From: Octopus sinensis
Taxonomy: Eukaryota
Assembly (NCBI RefSeq): GCF_006345805.1
Contig: NC_042997.1
Coordinates: forward strand, 158,844,001 to 158,908,000
Direction of reading: 5' to 3'
Length of the DNA stretch: 64,000 bases
Made by a program: the position numbers and the translations under genes. This document shows, piece by piece, positions 1 through 13,815 of the stretch. The notes below the pieces were generated by a model that saw only the letters and a list, made by a program, of their open reading frames with translations, was not told the origin of the DNA and made no database searches. Each line of letters opens with the position of its first letter. Position 1 is the stretch's first letter.

Positions 1-63
1 GCCACTGCTAATGGAAATTTCTAATATTTCAGATTACCCTTTGATATTATTAATCATATATAT

Positions 64-105
<42 letters not shown>

Positions 106-166
106 TACACACATACTCCCACCCACCCACACCACACACACACACAGATACACACACATATGTATA

Positions 167-345
167 CTAGAGGGTGCTGAAAAGTCCCTGTGTTGAAGGG
201 TATCGTGAAAGGCCTAGTTGGAAGCTCGACCATCCGAGTTCTTTTACGGAGCTTAGGAAAACGGAGATAGCTTTGTCTCCACTATATACTAGCTATGTTT
301 CGACAACGTTGTTAATAAAGTGTGCATTAAAATCTGGAGGTAAGT
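167..345 (+). mobile_element. Decayed mariner-derived non-autonomous fragment
   Basis: Begins TA|CTAGAGGGTGCTGAAAAGTCC, resembling a mariner-type TIR start (TACGAGGG...), followed by degraded transposase C-terminus-like sequence. Recognised by resemblance only. Confidence 0.35.
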
Positions 346-812
346 TTTATATATTACGAATGAAAGCATTTTCTGAACGCAACTATAGTTATGTGATTAA
401 AAATTTTGATTTGTACCAGCATGGTTTTGTATCTTGGGCAAATATTTAATACAGTAATCTTAAGAGGTGTGAGTGGAAAGAGAGAAAGGATTAGAGATAC
501 ACGCATACAAGTGTGTGTGTGTATGTGTGTGTACTTACGTGCATGCGTGCATGCGTGCGTGTGCGAGCGTGCATATTATAAATGCTGGCTGGTTAATTCT
601 CCAGTACTGCCTTATGTTATAGCGAAAAAGGATGAAAGAGGGAGTAAAAGAGAGACACGAGCGCGTTAACATAGGAAGCTTGGTGGCAAACAATTCTAAA
701 ATTTGTCATTTGTAAACATCCTTAGATATCTACTCTGTCATTTACTCATTCTTTTCTTCATTTTCTTCTTTCTCTCTCTCTCTATCTTTCTTTCTCTCAA
801 ATTGATTTTTTG

Positions 813-848
<36 letters not shown>

Positions 849-1169
849 CTCTGTAACACTCTTTTACTCATTGCTTGCCACAAAGCCTAGTGCGTGCACT
901 CATCCTTCGCCGCGAATAAAATGCACCTTGCGAATAAAATTAGATATATGGAAATATTTAACATCATCACTTGCTTGCATCGTGTCTTTAGTGGATCCAC
1001 TTTTAAAAAACATTCAGACTTGATGTTTTGTAACATTTCTTCCAACAACACTAATATCACTAATAATGATATTCCACCACACATATACATACATGTTTCC
1101 GAGATCCTGGACAAATATTATGGATCTACTTCTCGAATGATATCACAGAAATAAGAATAAACTATTACG

Positions 1170-1900
1170 TTATTCATTACTTTCTCTAAAGCATTTGACG
1201 TGTGAGAGACAAAATATTTTCTAAGTCGAATTTCAAACCATTTCAAAAACCTGGCTTGCCGTAATATCCCTCTAGTCAATATCATGTATGTCTACTTTTG
1301 AATTTATTATACTAAGATCCAGCTAGAATAATGCAGCGATATTCTTTATTTGATAAGTTCCTCGATGAATATTAATTGAGATGTATATAATGAAATTTTC
1401 CTCTTTCTTTTCTATGCGCCCAATTACACGACATACATAATTGCGCCTGAGATAATCATATTTGGAATCCAGAGGGCGATAATGAAAACTTCGTTATATT
1501 TAGAGAAGCAGATGAAATTTAATTATTATGGTCCGCATTATTTGTAATAAATTAATGCTTAGGTATATTAACTTTAAGTTTATGCTAGGCTATAGCATCA
1601 TCACAAACAAAGATAATGCTATCGGTGAAAAATAGTGTATATAATTATGACTAGTTAACATGCATAGAAGAATAGTGTAGGAATATTTATTATCGTTAAT
1701 TCAATATATACTGGATTCTAGTTTGTTTCTCTTTGATGAAATAGATGTTGTTATTGTTGCTGAAACCCATGTTAACAATGAATCAACTACGCATATAATC
1801 AAAAGCATTCAAGCCATTACTATCCATTTGTTTAGGAGCATCGAGGTCTATTCATGTAGAAATATTTGGTGGATATATCTAGAAGACTGTGTGACTACTT
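1170..1900 (+). mobile_element. Heavily decayed LINE fragments (RT-like and APE-like motifs)
   Basis: FSKAFD motif near 1180-1200; DEIDVVIVAETH (APE D-I-x-x-x-E-T motif) near 1735-1770. Multiple stops, and the motif order is reversed relative to an intact LINE. Confidence 0.3.
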
Positions 1901-4260
1901 AAAGATTCCTTTGGGTGCAATATATTGACGTCAGGCCAACTGCTCACGTCTTTCAACCGAAACTTAGCATTTTCTCAGTCGAAGGAAAACCATAAATTTC
2001 CACTTAATGACAAACATTAAAAAGAGTAACTGATGCGATTTTAATTTCCGGTTGAAGGCATTTGATTTCACCTACAGGCTTACTGCTTTCGAGAAAGCAT
2101 GAACAACACATATCAGTTTGTTTTCATATAAAATATAGAAGGCTTATGTAAGTTTATTAAAACAAACAAAAAAGCATATACATGTTTATCGGATATATAT
2201 GTAAGGTGCCCGGTACTAGGCGCACAACCGTACACTTCTAGGAGTAATAACACTTGTAGGGGGATTACGTCATGATGAAATTTATTACCAAATGCATTAA
2301 AGTAATGACCATCATATTTCCTTTTAGGAAACACAGGACATCGTTTGATTTGATAAAGATTCACTGCGATTTCTCGCTGGGTGCAGAACCATGTGGATAT
2401 TCTTTCATTTGCTAATTGATGCTTTGTGTGTGACGACTTCCTTCGTTACTTCATTTTTTTACTTCTTATTTTTGTGCTGTGGTTTTTGCTCAACACAAGC
2501 ATATATAAATTATATACTTATGTATTTTTCTATGTATGTTCACAAAAGCAAAAAGGAAAAGAGACAAAAGTATATTTTTGTTTCTAGGATTTCATTCCAC
2601 TGATTCTAAATCAGGGGTTTGAGTTGTTTGTTATTTTATTGTCTTTTAGAAATCTTGTTTTTTTTTCTTTTCGTATTTGATAATTATCACTTTAAATATT
2701 TCTAAGTCGTCATTTCACTTACCATTCGTGGTCAGGAACGCATATTCTGTTTCTTTTGTTGCAGCTGTTGCTTATAACCAAGTCTGCATTGATTTATCAG
2801 TCTTATGTCTAAAGGCTTCCAAACCATTACGGTCATGTATATTTTTATGTGTAGAACAACATTGAGAAATTCATCCTTCAGATGTGACTTGAAGGAAATT
2901 TGGTTGCTAGTTCTAACAGGGCGAAATATCACGTAGATATTTCATTGTTGCTTTTGTATGTTTATTCATATCATTACCTATTAGTAATGAAAGCAATTCA
3001 ATCATAAATATATTTGTTAAACTTCAATGCCTTTGGAAATATCTTAGGAGAATAAAGATGTCATTCAGAAGTTTTGTAGTATTTATTTTATCCCTTTACG
3101 TTCTGATTTTAAATTCTACGGAGATTAACTTTACAATTCATAATTAACAGCTCAATTAAATAAAGTACCTGCCACCTACTGGATCGATTTACTCGATCAT
3201 ATCTCCTCGAAAATTTTGTAACATATTTATTTGTTTTGAAAAAAAATCAATGTCATGTGAATAAATGAGCTCCGCCAAAATTTCTTCCTGAAAACGCACA
3301 TGATAAGGCCAGTACTCAGTATAGTGGAGCGAGAGAAATAGAAATAAATAATTGGGACTTCACAATTCCATATCTTTTTTATAGAGCTTCCCAAAGATGA
3401 ATAGTAACATCAATCCCTTTTGGACGCTAATTAGTAGAAACAAAATAGAGAAACTACATAAGGTAAAGCATGACAACCGGTCCTATGTTGATTGTACCGT
3501 CTTCAATCTCCTCAGGCTATACACAGAATAGGGGAGAATATATAATAATATAATGATTCACTAACAAGAAGTGTCCTAAAATATTTCTGCATTGATTTAC
3601 TTTTAGTTTATGATGAGAATAGTGATAGTAGTAGTGGAGGTGGCGACTGCGATAGCTATGGTGGCGGTTGTAGGGAAATGCAATCACAGATATTGCTAGC
3701 GGGGCTGGAAAATAATTCATTTTAATTAAAAATATATAAAATAACCACAAGAAATGTGATTGAAATAATGATGGTATTCCTTTAATGATATTATTAATAG
3801 TAAATGTCTTAATTGATAGCTTTAGTGCAAGTTTCGTGGGAAAATCCATTCTGTTTGCGTAGTAAGGATTCTTTACAGAATTAACGCTAGAAGGGATCAG
3901 ATGTCTGCAATACATGGACAGAATTAGGTGTGCTGACGATATGTATATACATGTGTGTGTGTGTGTGTATGTGTATGCGTGAATATTTCTCTGTGTGTGC
4001 GTATGTGTGAGTATGTGTACGTGTACGCGTGTACTCGCACAATTATAACTCAAAGGTATGATAATATGTTATGATAAAAAAAATTTAATACAATGGTTTA
4101 CTACACAGCGATTGCTGCATTCTTACAAGTTCTTCAGATGCACATATGTGTGTGTGTGCCTGCGTTGTGCGTGCGTATGTGCGTGTTTGTGTACGTGTGA
4201 GTGTATGTAAGTATATATGTGTATGTATAATATATATATATATTTGCATCGAAATGTATG

Positions 4261-4296
<36 letters not shown>

Positions 4297-4437
4297 ATAT
4301 TATATATATAATATATAATATATATATACATATATATATATATATACACATACAAGTCACTAGAACATGTAGACTATTTTACGTTCACTTTCTTTTTTAA
4401 TAAAACTCATGTATCTATCTATCTACAGCTATATATG

Positions 4438-4500
<63 letters not shown>
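4438..4500. repeat. (GATA)n microsatellite
   Basis: Direct read of the tetranucleotide array. Confidence 0.97.
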
Positions 4501-5937
4501 GTAGATGGATGGAGGGAGGGAGGGAGGGAGGAGGAAAAGACAGACTGACAGACAGACAGATAGATAGAGAGATAGATAGACAGACAGACAGACAGACAGT
4601 CAGGAGGATAAAGGAAAGAGAGAATGAGAAAGTGAGAGAAATGAGCGCAAGAGATTTAAGTGTGTATTTGCATATGATATGTTATTTTGTTATGAAAAAC
4701 GGTATGTGAATAGTGCAATGAAATTCTCTTCTTTCTTATGACTATTGCTGAAAAGCCAACAAGTTGTCATCCACTTCCTTTGCTGAAAAGTCAGGCTAAT
4801 GTAAAGAAAGTCGTGCCGTATTTCCCTATTGTAGATAGTATTACAATATAGCTACTATATATTCATAGATGGTTAGAAAGAGTGATATATAGTTGGCGTC
4901 GATTGGTATTTTCCATTTATTGTGTATTTAAGTCTGAAGTCTAACACCTTTTTATAAAATCAATAACTACTCTTATAACCTTAATAACAATTAGATAAAA
5001 ATATTCATCTGAGGAACAAGCCGCCATAATGCAAGACGGCTAGTAAGTTGAAATGTCGACATATCTCACTTGAAGCATTCTTCATATTTCAACAAAAAAA
5101 TATTTACTTTAACCAAATGAAGCCTAACAGCAATTAAATGAAGGATTTCAGAAGAATTATTTGACATCATGTCACAAATTATTTAGGCAGTGAATATAAA
5201 CTATTATTCTATTGACGCCGCTGAAATATCTGTAATGATATAAACAGCAAGAAAAAAATGAGTCCTATCACCAGCAGCTGTTTCATTAAGGAACTAAGTC
5301 TCTAATCTTAATGACTCGGTTTGGTTTTCAGTTCTACGCTATCACTTCATTATCAGTTAAGTTTTGCTGGTTCAGTAGTTACAATATAACAGTAGAAATT
5401 GGATGACTGTATAAGTGATAATTATTTTGTTTAAACAGATGCAAATTGATTTTTGTATTGTTCAAGAACATGAACAATTTGCTCGTATGCAAGGATATAC
5501 ATAATTTGTATATAAGCATCAAAGAAAGAATCCACCTAATAACAAAATAATGAGGAGTACTATTCACAAGTTACAAACCATCAAGACGAATCTGTCACTA
5601 CAACATAAATAATGGCACTTCAGGATCTTTATGCAAAATGCTATAATCTGCATACCCGATATGGATTGTAATTTCTTGCCTTAAGTCATTGTGACTTGGA
5701 TAATTTTCTAGGAAACTTCAATGAGAAATTTGAAGAAACGAGCATTAAACACACACACACATGTATATACATGTATGCATGTATAATTTAATATGCTCTA
5801 TATTCAATGGGAACTATAATTTCATGATCGCATAGTACAATAATCAGACGAGTTTGTATAGGGAGCCGCGTACTACTATCCTGAACTCACTCAGACGGAA
5901 TACATTTATGTTGATCTTAACAATAACGGAACAGTAC

Positions 5938-6121
<184 letters not shown>

Positions 6122-6254
6122 CCTCGAACACACAAGTGCAAACAAGGGAGTCAGAGAAAGGCAGAATGCCACTTAAATCTGAACACTACTATAGAAATAT
6201 TCTTTTAAAAAAACTTTTCTTCTAATTTTTCTAAATTTAATTATTTAATCGTTA

Positions 6255-6292
6255 CAGTTGAAAAGGTATCAAAATGACCGAAACCGGTACTG
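6255..6292 (+). ncRNA. Decayed type I hammerhead ribozyme motif
   Basis: CAG-TTGAAAA-GGT..ACC-GAAA-CCGG-TA-CTG: stem I CAG/CTG, palindromic stem III ACCGGT and GUA site are present, but the core CUGANGA carries two transitions. Confidence 0.5.
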
Positions 6293-6993
6293 AAATGTTC
6301 ACTATAAAATTATTTTAGCATTTTCTATTTTTTACTTGTTTTTTCATATATATATATGAGAGAGAGAACAAAGTAACTTCTTTTCCCTCGTTAGGACTTC
6401 GAAAGTAGGTCCCAAATAATATCTTGCCGTCTTCAACAAGGAAGAGCCCATTGGATAGTATCACCCTAAGTAAACGGAACAACACAGGCTTGTCGAAGCT
6501 GACATTTCTTTGTTTATATGTTCTGACGCTCACAGCAAGCCTACGTTTAAAAATACTATTCACTGTTATACACTTCACATTTTTATCTTTATGGACGGTA
6601 GAAGAGTCAGTTGAAACGAGCATTTTACAGAGTCACTGAGATTAATGGTAAAGAGAGAGAGGAAAGTATCCTTAAAGCAGAGACATAACCAAAACACTTT
6701 CAGCAGAATAGGCGCTGCTAAACGCCCCTAAGGTACCAGGTGTTTGTGATAAACGGGATTAAGTATACCACGCACGTTGTGCTGAGATTTAAACTCAAAA
6801 CATGAAGGGATGAAATAAATACTGCAAGGCATGAAGTCCAATGTTATGACAATCTACAACTTTATGTTGCTACACATTTTGATCGATTCCATAAAGATGC
6901 AAGGCAGAGTTGATTTGGGATGGATTTGAATTTTGGTGACTGATACTTACCACAAATAACACGATACGATCTAACCAACACTCTAACAAGTAC

Positions 6994-7112
<119 letters not shown>

Positions 7113-7334
7113 TAGATAGATAGATAGATAGATATATGGACGTCACTAAAGTGAACAATGGCAATAATCAGCACCAGTATTGCTAGGATTAAGAGCCAAA
7201 ACAACTCAATAGCCATAAAAAGCAAAAGTGCTTTGACTCTTATTTCTAGCAATACTGGTGCTGACTAGTGCCCTTGTTCACATTCGTAACGTATAGATTT
7301 CTGCTTTTAGGTTGTAACATTGCGAATTAGCCAC

Positions 7335-7378
<44 letters not shown>

Positions 7379-7434
7379 TATATATATATAATATATATAT
7401 ATATGTATATGTATATATATATGTATATATATGT

Positions 7435-7630
7435 AAAGTTAATCCAAACAAGAAAGCACAAAAAAAACACAACGCGAGGACGTGGAACAAATATAGTATT
7501 ATTTGACGCTCAGGAAAGAAGGAGGGTTTAACGTTTCGTACAGAGCTCTTCGTCGGAAACATAGGAGAAGGAAAGATCCAGAGAAGGGAAGACAGAGGAA
7601 AAAAATCGCCAACGGTACACATGAGGTCAC
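7435..7630 (-). mobile_element. ~200-bp hammerhead-bearing short element (family B, copy 1)
   Basis: Colinear end to end with 25740-25945 (+) and 62181-62387 (-); 3' end abuts a TA array. Confidence 0.85.
7526..7560 (-). ncRNA. Hammerhead motif, mutated (U4C and stem II mismatch)
   Basis: Minus strand GTTT-CCGACGA-A-GAGC-TCT-GTAC-GAAA-CG-TT-AAAC. Confidence 0.6.
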
Positions 7631-8572
7631 CAAGATATTGGTCAAACCAAGACTATGGTTGAAAACCAATTGCTCATGGTGCTGCGTGGCAGGATCGATT
7701 CGATTCTATACGGAATTTACCTATGCAGCCATACCTGCTTTCATGTATATCAAATTCATCTACTTCTAGTCCACCAGAAAGTTTGTCCCAGCTTTCATAA
7801 TATTAACAATAAACTGAATGTTTCTCCTCTGATAAGATATTTCGGTAGATATTATCTTCTACGTTCTTAATGTAATGTAAAGAAACCAACCAATAAATTT
7901 CGCATTCTTTTTGATTATCTTCTTTCAGCTTATTAACATAGATACGTATTCTTTTCATACATGCTGCATCTGAACTGCACAAACATTAGCTGGAACAGGT
8001 TGATAGAAAGAAGGTCTGAATGCCGAAATATGCTATTTATGTGCCAATGTAAAAGTTGATGTCTTTCTTCAGCGACGTATATATCCAGTTATCTATTAGA
8101 ATGTATGTGAAGCCATATTTGGACTGTAGTATGTGAATTACATTTTTTTCTTGTTAACGTCAGATAAAGCAAGTGGTAGATATTGTGCATATAACAGCAT
8201 ATGTATATATCAGTAACATTGATTTCTCATAAGTAAAACACAAAATATGACTTGCTTTCAAGAAAAGTATTAAATGAAGGAATTAATTCCAATCTTTCTA
8301 ATTAGTAGCATGCTTATTATCGTATTAACTTAGATTATTTTCAATAGATCTTCACATATTAGAAATCGAAGAAAAACTTAACTTGTAATATAGTTGCTAG
8401 CATACTTGATGTATTATGAAGGAAGTTGTAAAACCGCATTCGTTGTGACGATACAAAAATCATTTATCTCATTCATTAATTTTTATTAAAACAGACCAAA
8501 TTCAACCCCAAAATTTAAACTGAGATTACTCTAAACATATTTCGATCGTATTTTATTTCATCAGCGAAGTAT

Positions 8573-8960
8573 AGGCGCGGGCGTGGCCTTGTGGTAAGAA
8601 GTTTACTTCCCAACCACATTGTTCCAGGTTCAGTCCCACAGCGTGGCACTTTGGGGAAGTGTCTTCTACTTTGGTTTCGCCCTGACTAAATCCTTGTCAA
8701 CAGATCTGGTTGACAAAACTGAAAGAAGCCCGTCGAATGTGTGTGTGCGTATGTGTGTTTCTTTGTGCCTGTGTTTGTGTCCCAAAACCGTTTGACAACC
8801 GGTGTTGGTATGTTTACATCTCCATAACTTAGCGGTTCGGTAGAATAAGAATCAGGCATAAAAATATATAAGTACTGAGGTCGATTCGTTCGACAAAAAT
8901 TCACAGCAGCGCCTCAGCGTGGCCACAATCTCACGGTTGCAACAAGTAGAACATAAAAGA
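8573..8960 (+). mobile_element. tRNA-derived SINE family A (internal microsatellite)
   Basis: tRNA-like head with A/B boxes (GTGGTAAG...GGTTCAGTCC), body ...GAAGCCCGTCG-(TG)n..., tail ...ACAAGTAGAA; colinear with the other family A copies. Confidence 0.85.
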
Positions 8961-9319
8961 AGACAACCGCTATAGTCAAATCTTAAAATGATTAGAGAAA
9001 AAAAAAGAATTTAGTAAACGAACTTTGAGTGGCGAGATGACATAAGATGAACTAATCATTATAGCTAATGAGAACACTCCAAATCGAAACAAAAATTCTA
9101 ATACGAATGGTAAATAACTAAATCCAAAGACATAAGAGCAACATAAACCTGCCACTTATTGATTATACAAGTGTGAAATAATTCGAAATACTAACAAACC
9201 AATCGAGAAACGAATACTGATATACATTGCATTTTCGTATTATTGATTATAACTTCTTCAATTTTACGTTCAATAAAATTCCTAATGATGACAAGGGCAA
9301 AGAGTAATTGTATTTGTAC

Positions 9320-9720
9320 TTGTACTTGTGGTGACATTCACCCTGGGCGGGTTGAGTCGGCTTCTTCTACTCATGGAAGAAGTTTTGTGGGAATATGTGG
9401 ATTTCACAAGCGGTCCCCAACAATCCCGCATGTGGAGACATCCTGTTTGTCGCAGATTGTCCGCAGACGCAGGGACAGAACGACCGAGGAGCGGTCGGTT
9501 GCCGAAGCAGACACTCCTAGGAGTTTCACCAGAGCCCCGTCTGCCGGGTTATGGCCCTAATACCACTCGGTGTCAGACCAATCCGCCTTGGGTGGCCCTA
9601 CCAGGAACCGAAGTTCCCGACGGCATTGCTCTGACACTACCCGTTGCCAGCGTCCCCACCACGGTGAAGAGGGGATGGATTTTGGGGTAATTGCAGCAAT
9701 GATAACCACAGATATCCCCA
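9320..9720 (+). mobile_element. GC-rich fragment resembling the 5' UTR of an RTE-clade LINE
   Basis: GC-rich island containing GGCCCTACCAGGA...CCCCACCACGGTGAAG, which resembles RTE 5' UTR motifs from memory; no downstream ORF. Confidence 0.35.
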
Positions 9721-9726
9721 CTACAC

Positions 9727-9989
9727 CAGCGGTTCTCAAATGAGGTCCATATAGTCCATGGGGGTTCATATAAGTCTTTTTTTTGTTGTTGTTAAAATTT
9801 ATGTGCGATAAACTGGTTATATTTTTACAATGCACGAAATATCAAAAAATATATATACAGTTCCAATTAAACATTTAATTATTAAAAAATACAGTAGGTA
9901 TCTTTTAAACATCGAATGACTATTGAGGTCCAGTAGAATAAAATAGGTATCAAAGAGGTCTATCAGTAAAAAATGTCTGAGAACCACTT
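9727..9989. mobile_element. hAT-type MITE
   Basis: TIRs CAGCGGTTCTCA / TGAGAACCACTT; 8-bp TSD CACTACAC (9719-9726) vs CCCTACAC (9990-9997), 7/8 match. Confidence 0.75.
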
Positions 9990-11021
9990 CCCTACACGGT
10001 CGCATACTCTTGTTTACTCTGTTAGAAATAGCAGCCAAATCGTCCTTGAATCACATCCTACTGTCTTAGATCACCACCTACAAACGATTTTTTCCTTTGG
10101 ATATATTAGCTAAAATGATTTTGGATAATAATGTGAGTGAGAAGAAAAAGGGTAGGATCGTCTCGACTAGAATACATTTTGAATACTGGGTGACTTGATC
10201 AGAGGTAACCTGGTTTTAACAACGATAACAACAACAACAACAACATCAACAAAAGCAATAATAACACCAGCTGCAACATTACTATCGACAAATATATAAG
10301 CACCAAAGTACGCCTCGATTGATTATTAGTCTTTCGAATTATTTTAAACTGCTATAATCAATACTTTAAAAAATAAGGTTAATTCGATGACATTTGTGAA
10401 GTTATCGATAAAAGGAAAAAATCTTATCGCTAACAACATATGACACTAATTACAAACTTGAAGTTATCGTCTATATTACGTACTTTTAGTTTTGTCTGAC
10501 TCATATATGCACAGTGTATGTAAATTTGTATACTGAGGGGAAGAGAAAGAGTGTGTGATGGAGGGAGAGAGAAAGAAAAACAGAAAAGAAGAGATCAGCA
10601 TATCTATTTAGGTTATTTCAATTTTGATATGATGTTCTTCAAACGGAATGTACCATATAAAATGATTTAGAAAAAAAATAATGGTATTGAGCAAAACATT
10701 CATGTTCAGAGTTACAGATTTCATCGAGTGTCACACACACACACATGCATATATATTTATATATAATATGCATATATTTATATCTATATATGAATATATG
10801 TATAAATATCATATATATATATATGTGTGTTTATTTATTTATTTATTTTTTAATACACCTATACACACACAAGCAAACAAATTCACATGAGTAGTTCATT
10901 AATAAAACAGTGAAAGAGGTTTATGCAGTTCGTTAAAATAGTTGACATTTATCAGAACGGTACACGCCACTTAAAAGATATCATCGAAATTATATGCATG
11001 TATGCATATAAATGCACACGC

Positions 11022-11250
<229 letters not shown>

Positions 11251-11305
11251 CCCAAAATGACAATGTTAAGTAAAGAGAAGCCAAAAAAAGAAAGAAGAAA
11301 GCAAA

Positions 11306-11350
11306 GGACCACTGATGATGTCACAGAAGTGTGACGAAAGAACTCTGGCC
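11306..11350 (+). ncRNA. Type I hammerhead ribozyme motif, intact core
   Basis: GG-A-CCA CTGATGA T GTCACA-GAAG-TGTGAC GAAA G-AA-C T C TGG-CC: full core, 6-bp stem II with tetraloop, 2-bp stem III, predicted CUC cleavage after 11345. Confidence 0.8.
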
Positions 11351-11450
11351 GAAATACAATTAATATAAAATAACGATGAAGCAAGTGAACAGCAAATATA
11401 TAGTGCATGTGTTTTCATTGGTTAAACTGGCAACATGACCATCCCTAAAT

Positions 11451-11455
<5 letters not shown>

Positions 11456-11487
<32 letters not shown>

Positions 11488-11499
11488 TATACATATATA

Positions 11500-11534
<35 letters not shown>

Positions 11535-11640
11535 CATATATATATATACATATATATATATACATATATAATATATATATGTGTGTATACATATATATAT
11601 TATGTATAAATATTGTATATATATATATAAGTATATATAC

Positions 11641-11682
<42 letters not shown>

Positions 11683-11698
11683 ACATATATATATATAC
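11456..11698. repeat. (TA)n-rich array
   Basis: Direct read. Confidence 0.97.
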
Positions 11699-11709
11699 GT
11701 CGCTTCCAT

Positions 11710-11960
11710 ATCCCTTACCAGTTCTTGTGCACCCCAAAAAAACGATATTTATCACCTTAAATATCGGTTCTATTGTCTCCTATATATTGCAATAAACGAC
11801 TTTAGTTTAGCGGATCATATCGCTGAACACTTAAGTAACATCCGCCTAGCAGTACCGCATAACCAGTTGTCTGACATTTCACTTCTACTACATGCACAGT
11901 TTCCCTCTCTCAAAGTAGTATTATGTCACGTCATGGATCCCTTACTTCCTGCTTCAAATT
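11710..11960 (+). mobile_element. Penelope-like GIY-YIG endonuclease remnant
   Basis: Translation ...[26 protein letters not shown] resembles the PLE pattern C..LYIGETGRxLxxRFxEHLxxIR. Confidence 0.5.
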
Positions 11961-12819
11961 TCTCATTGGCCGCTCCCCACTTTAGGTAGGAATAATATGG
12001 TCAGGATAACATAACTCTTCTGCTAAACTGCATTCTGTCCTCCTATATCCATCCCACCATAGTAACCCATAGTTTTACACAACATTTCACAGATCACATA
12101 TACAACTCTATAAATTGATGCATCTGCAATGGCTGAACATACCACGTACTACACATCACCCTCACCATGGACGTAACAACCCACTTATATACACACGCTT
12201 ATACAGACACGCTAATACGTACACTATCTTGTTCAAAAACCTATAAACAAACCACCATTTTACCACCCTGCCACATTATCCTCCATGCCTAACACCCAAA
12301 CGTATATCCTACACATCCACGCATACAAACATCCATACACACACCTATACATAACCATACAAATACGCACACTTGTATGTAAATATACATATATGTATAT
12401 ACTTGTATTTGTCTATATATATGTGTGTGTATATAGGCACATAAATATATACACCCATACACAAAGCGGTACATATATATATATATATACATGTACATTA
12501 CATACACACACACCATACACAGATCGATAGAGGTATCGAATATTTCAGCCAAACATATATGTTTTGAAACACCACAATCTTGTCTGAGATCTCAACGAGT
12601 TATAAAAAAAAAAACGAGACAAAAAGATCTATTTTCGAAACGTCCATTTTTCTTTGTCTGTTGTACGACTGTCAAACGTTGACTCTTTGTTATATATATG
12701 ATAAGCACTTGGACTAGTTTTCAAAAATAATTGCTTATATCTTGGCTAGACTACGAAACTGATTCAGGAATCTTGGGGTTACCACCTTTCCTAACTATTG
12801 AAGCTATCTTTCGACATAA

Positions 12820-13060
12820 CAGAATGGGGTATGCACACCTTACTGACCATATATGGAATGTAAAAAAAGTTGTGAAGCGTCTATATTGTGGAGAGCAATT
12901 TCGAGGGAAATATCCATTTGAAAAAATACATTTAAATTACAATGCTCTCTTTAATACTGTGGTCACGAAGTGAATCGTTATATGTGAGGCCTAGAAAAAT
13001 TATCAACTGTTAGGGCATTATTGAGGACAGGTACTCAATGCGCCTATGAGCAGCAAAGAG
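12820..13060 (+). mobile_element. Decayed Penelope-like endonuclease C-terminal remnant
   Basis: LTDHIWNVKK resembles the LSKYIWELK segment of PLE GIY-YIG domains; frameshifted. Confidence 0.35.
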
Positions 13061-13642
13061 AAACCCATAAAACATGCAACTTTGAAATACGATACAAAGA
13101 AAGAAAACACCATAGGTATCTATTTATAGGTATCTATTTTATATTTTCAAGTCGTAACGGTTTGCTTTTCTAATAATGGTTTCGTTAAACACTCTGCAGT
13201 GCATGAACCAAAACATAAGTTCTTGCCAGCTGATTTAACATGAGTCTCTAAATCAGGTAATCAATGTTTTCTTTCTCTTGACCTTTGTGAAGAAACATGT
13301 AATGATGTTGCATTGCATTTAACGGAGAAGCGACACTTGTGTAACAGATTTTCTTAAAAGTAGTATATCAGCAATTAAAGTGAAAAAGAAATCATCTTCA
13401 TTTTGCTGCTCATTAGGAAGTTATGGTCATATTCACTGCTGAGTTGGCTTCCATCATTTGGTGTTGTATATATGTATATACCCAAAAATGTAAGTGTATT
13501 TATGTAACTATGCATTTATATATATACAGATATAGATATAGATAGATAGATGGATAGATGGATGGATTGATAGATAGATAGATAGATTGATAGACAGATC
13601 CCAAGTTCAGCCATTCTTTGCTGAATATAGATATAGATAGAT

Positions 13643-13703
<61 letters not shown>

Positions 13704-13766
13704 CAGATCCCAAGTTCAGCCATTCTTTGCTCCAGACGGGTTCGTATGTATGCATACATACATGCA

Positions 13767-13815
<49 letters not shown>

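Noticed and set aside
2391-2603. ORF MWIFFHLL...FLCCGFC...KSKKEKRQK as a synaptotagmin transmembrane exon, with an acceptor-like site at 2326-2327
   Set aside because: Hydrophobic, Cys and Lys runs arise easily from T-rich and A-rich sequence; there is no homology evidence and no clear donor. Worth one RNA-seq look but not supportable.
3517-4053. 178-aa minus-strand ORF
   Set aside because: The N-terminal part is CA-repeat derived and the His/Tyr run is the complement of a degenerate (AGT/GGT)n tract; no domain recognised.
12620-12655. GAAACGTC hammerhead half-site upstream of a PLE remnant
   Set aside because: No recognisable CTGANGA core upstream; too decayed to call.
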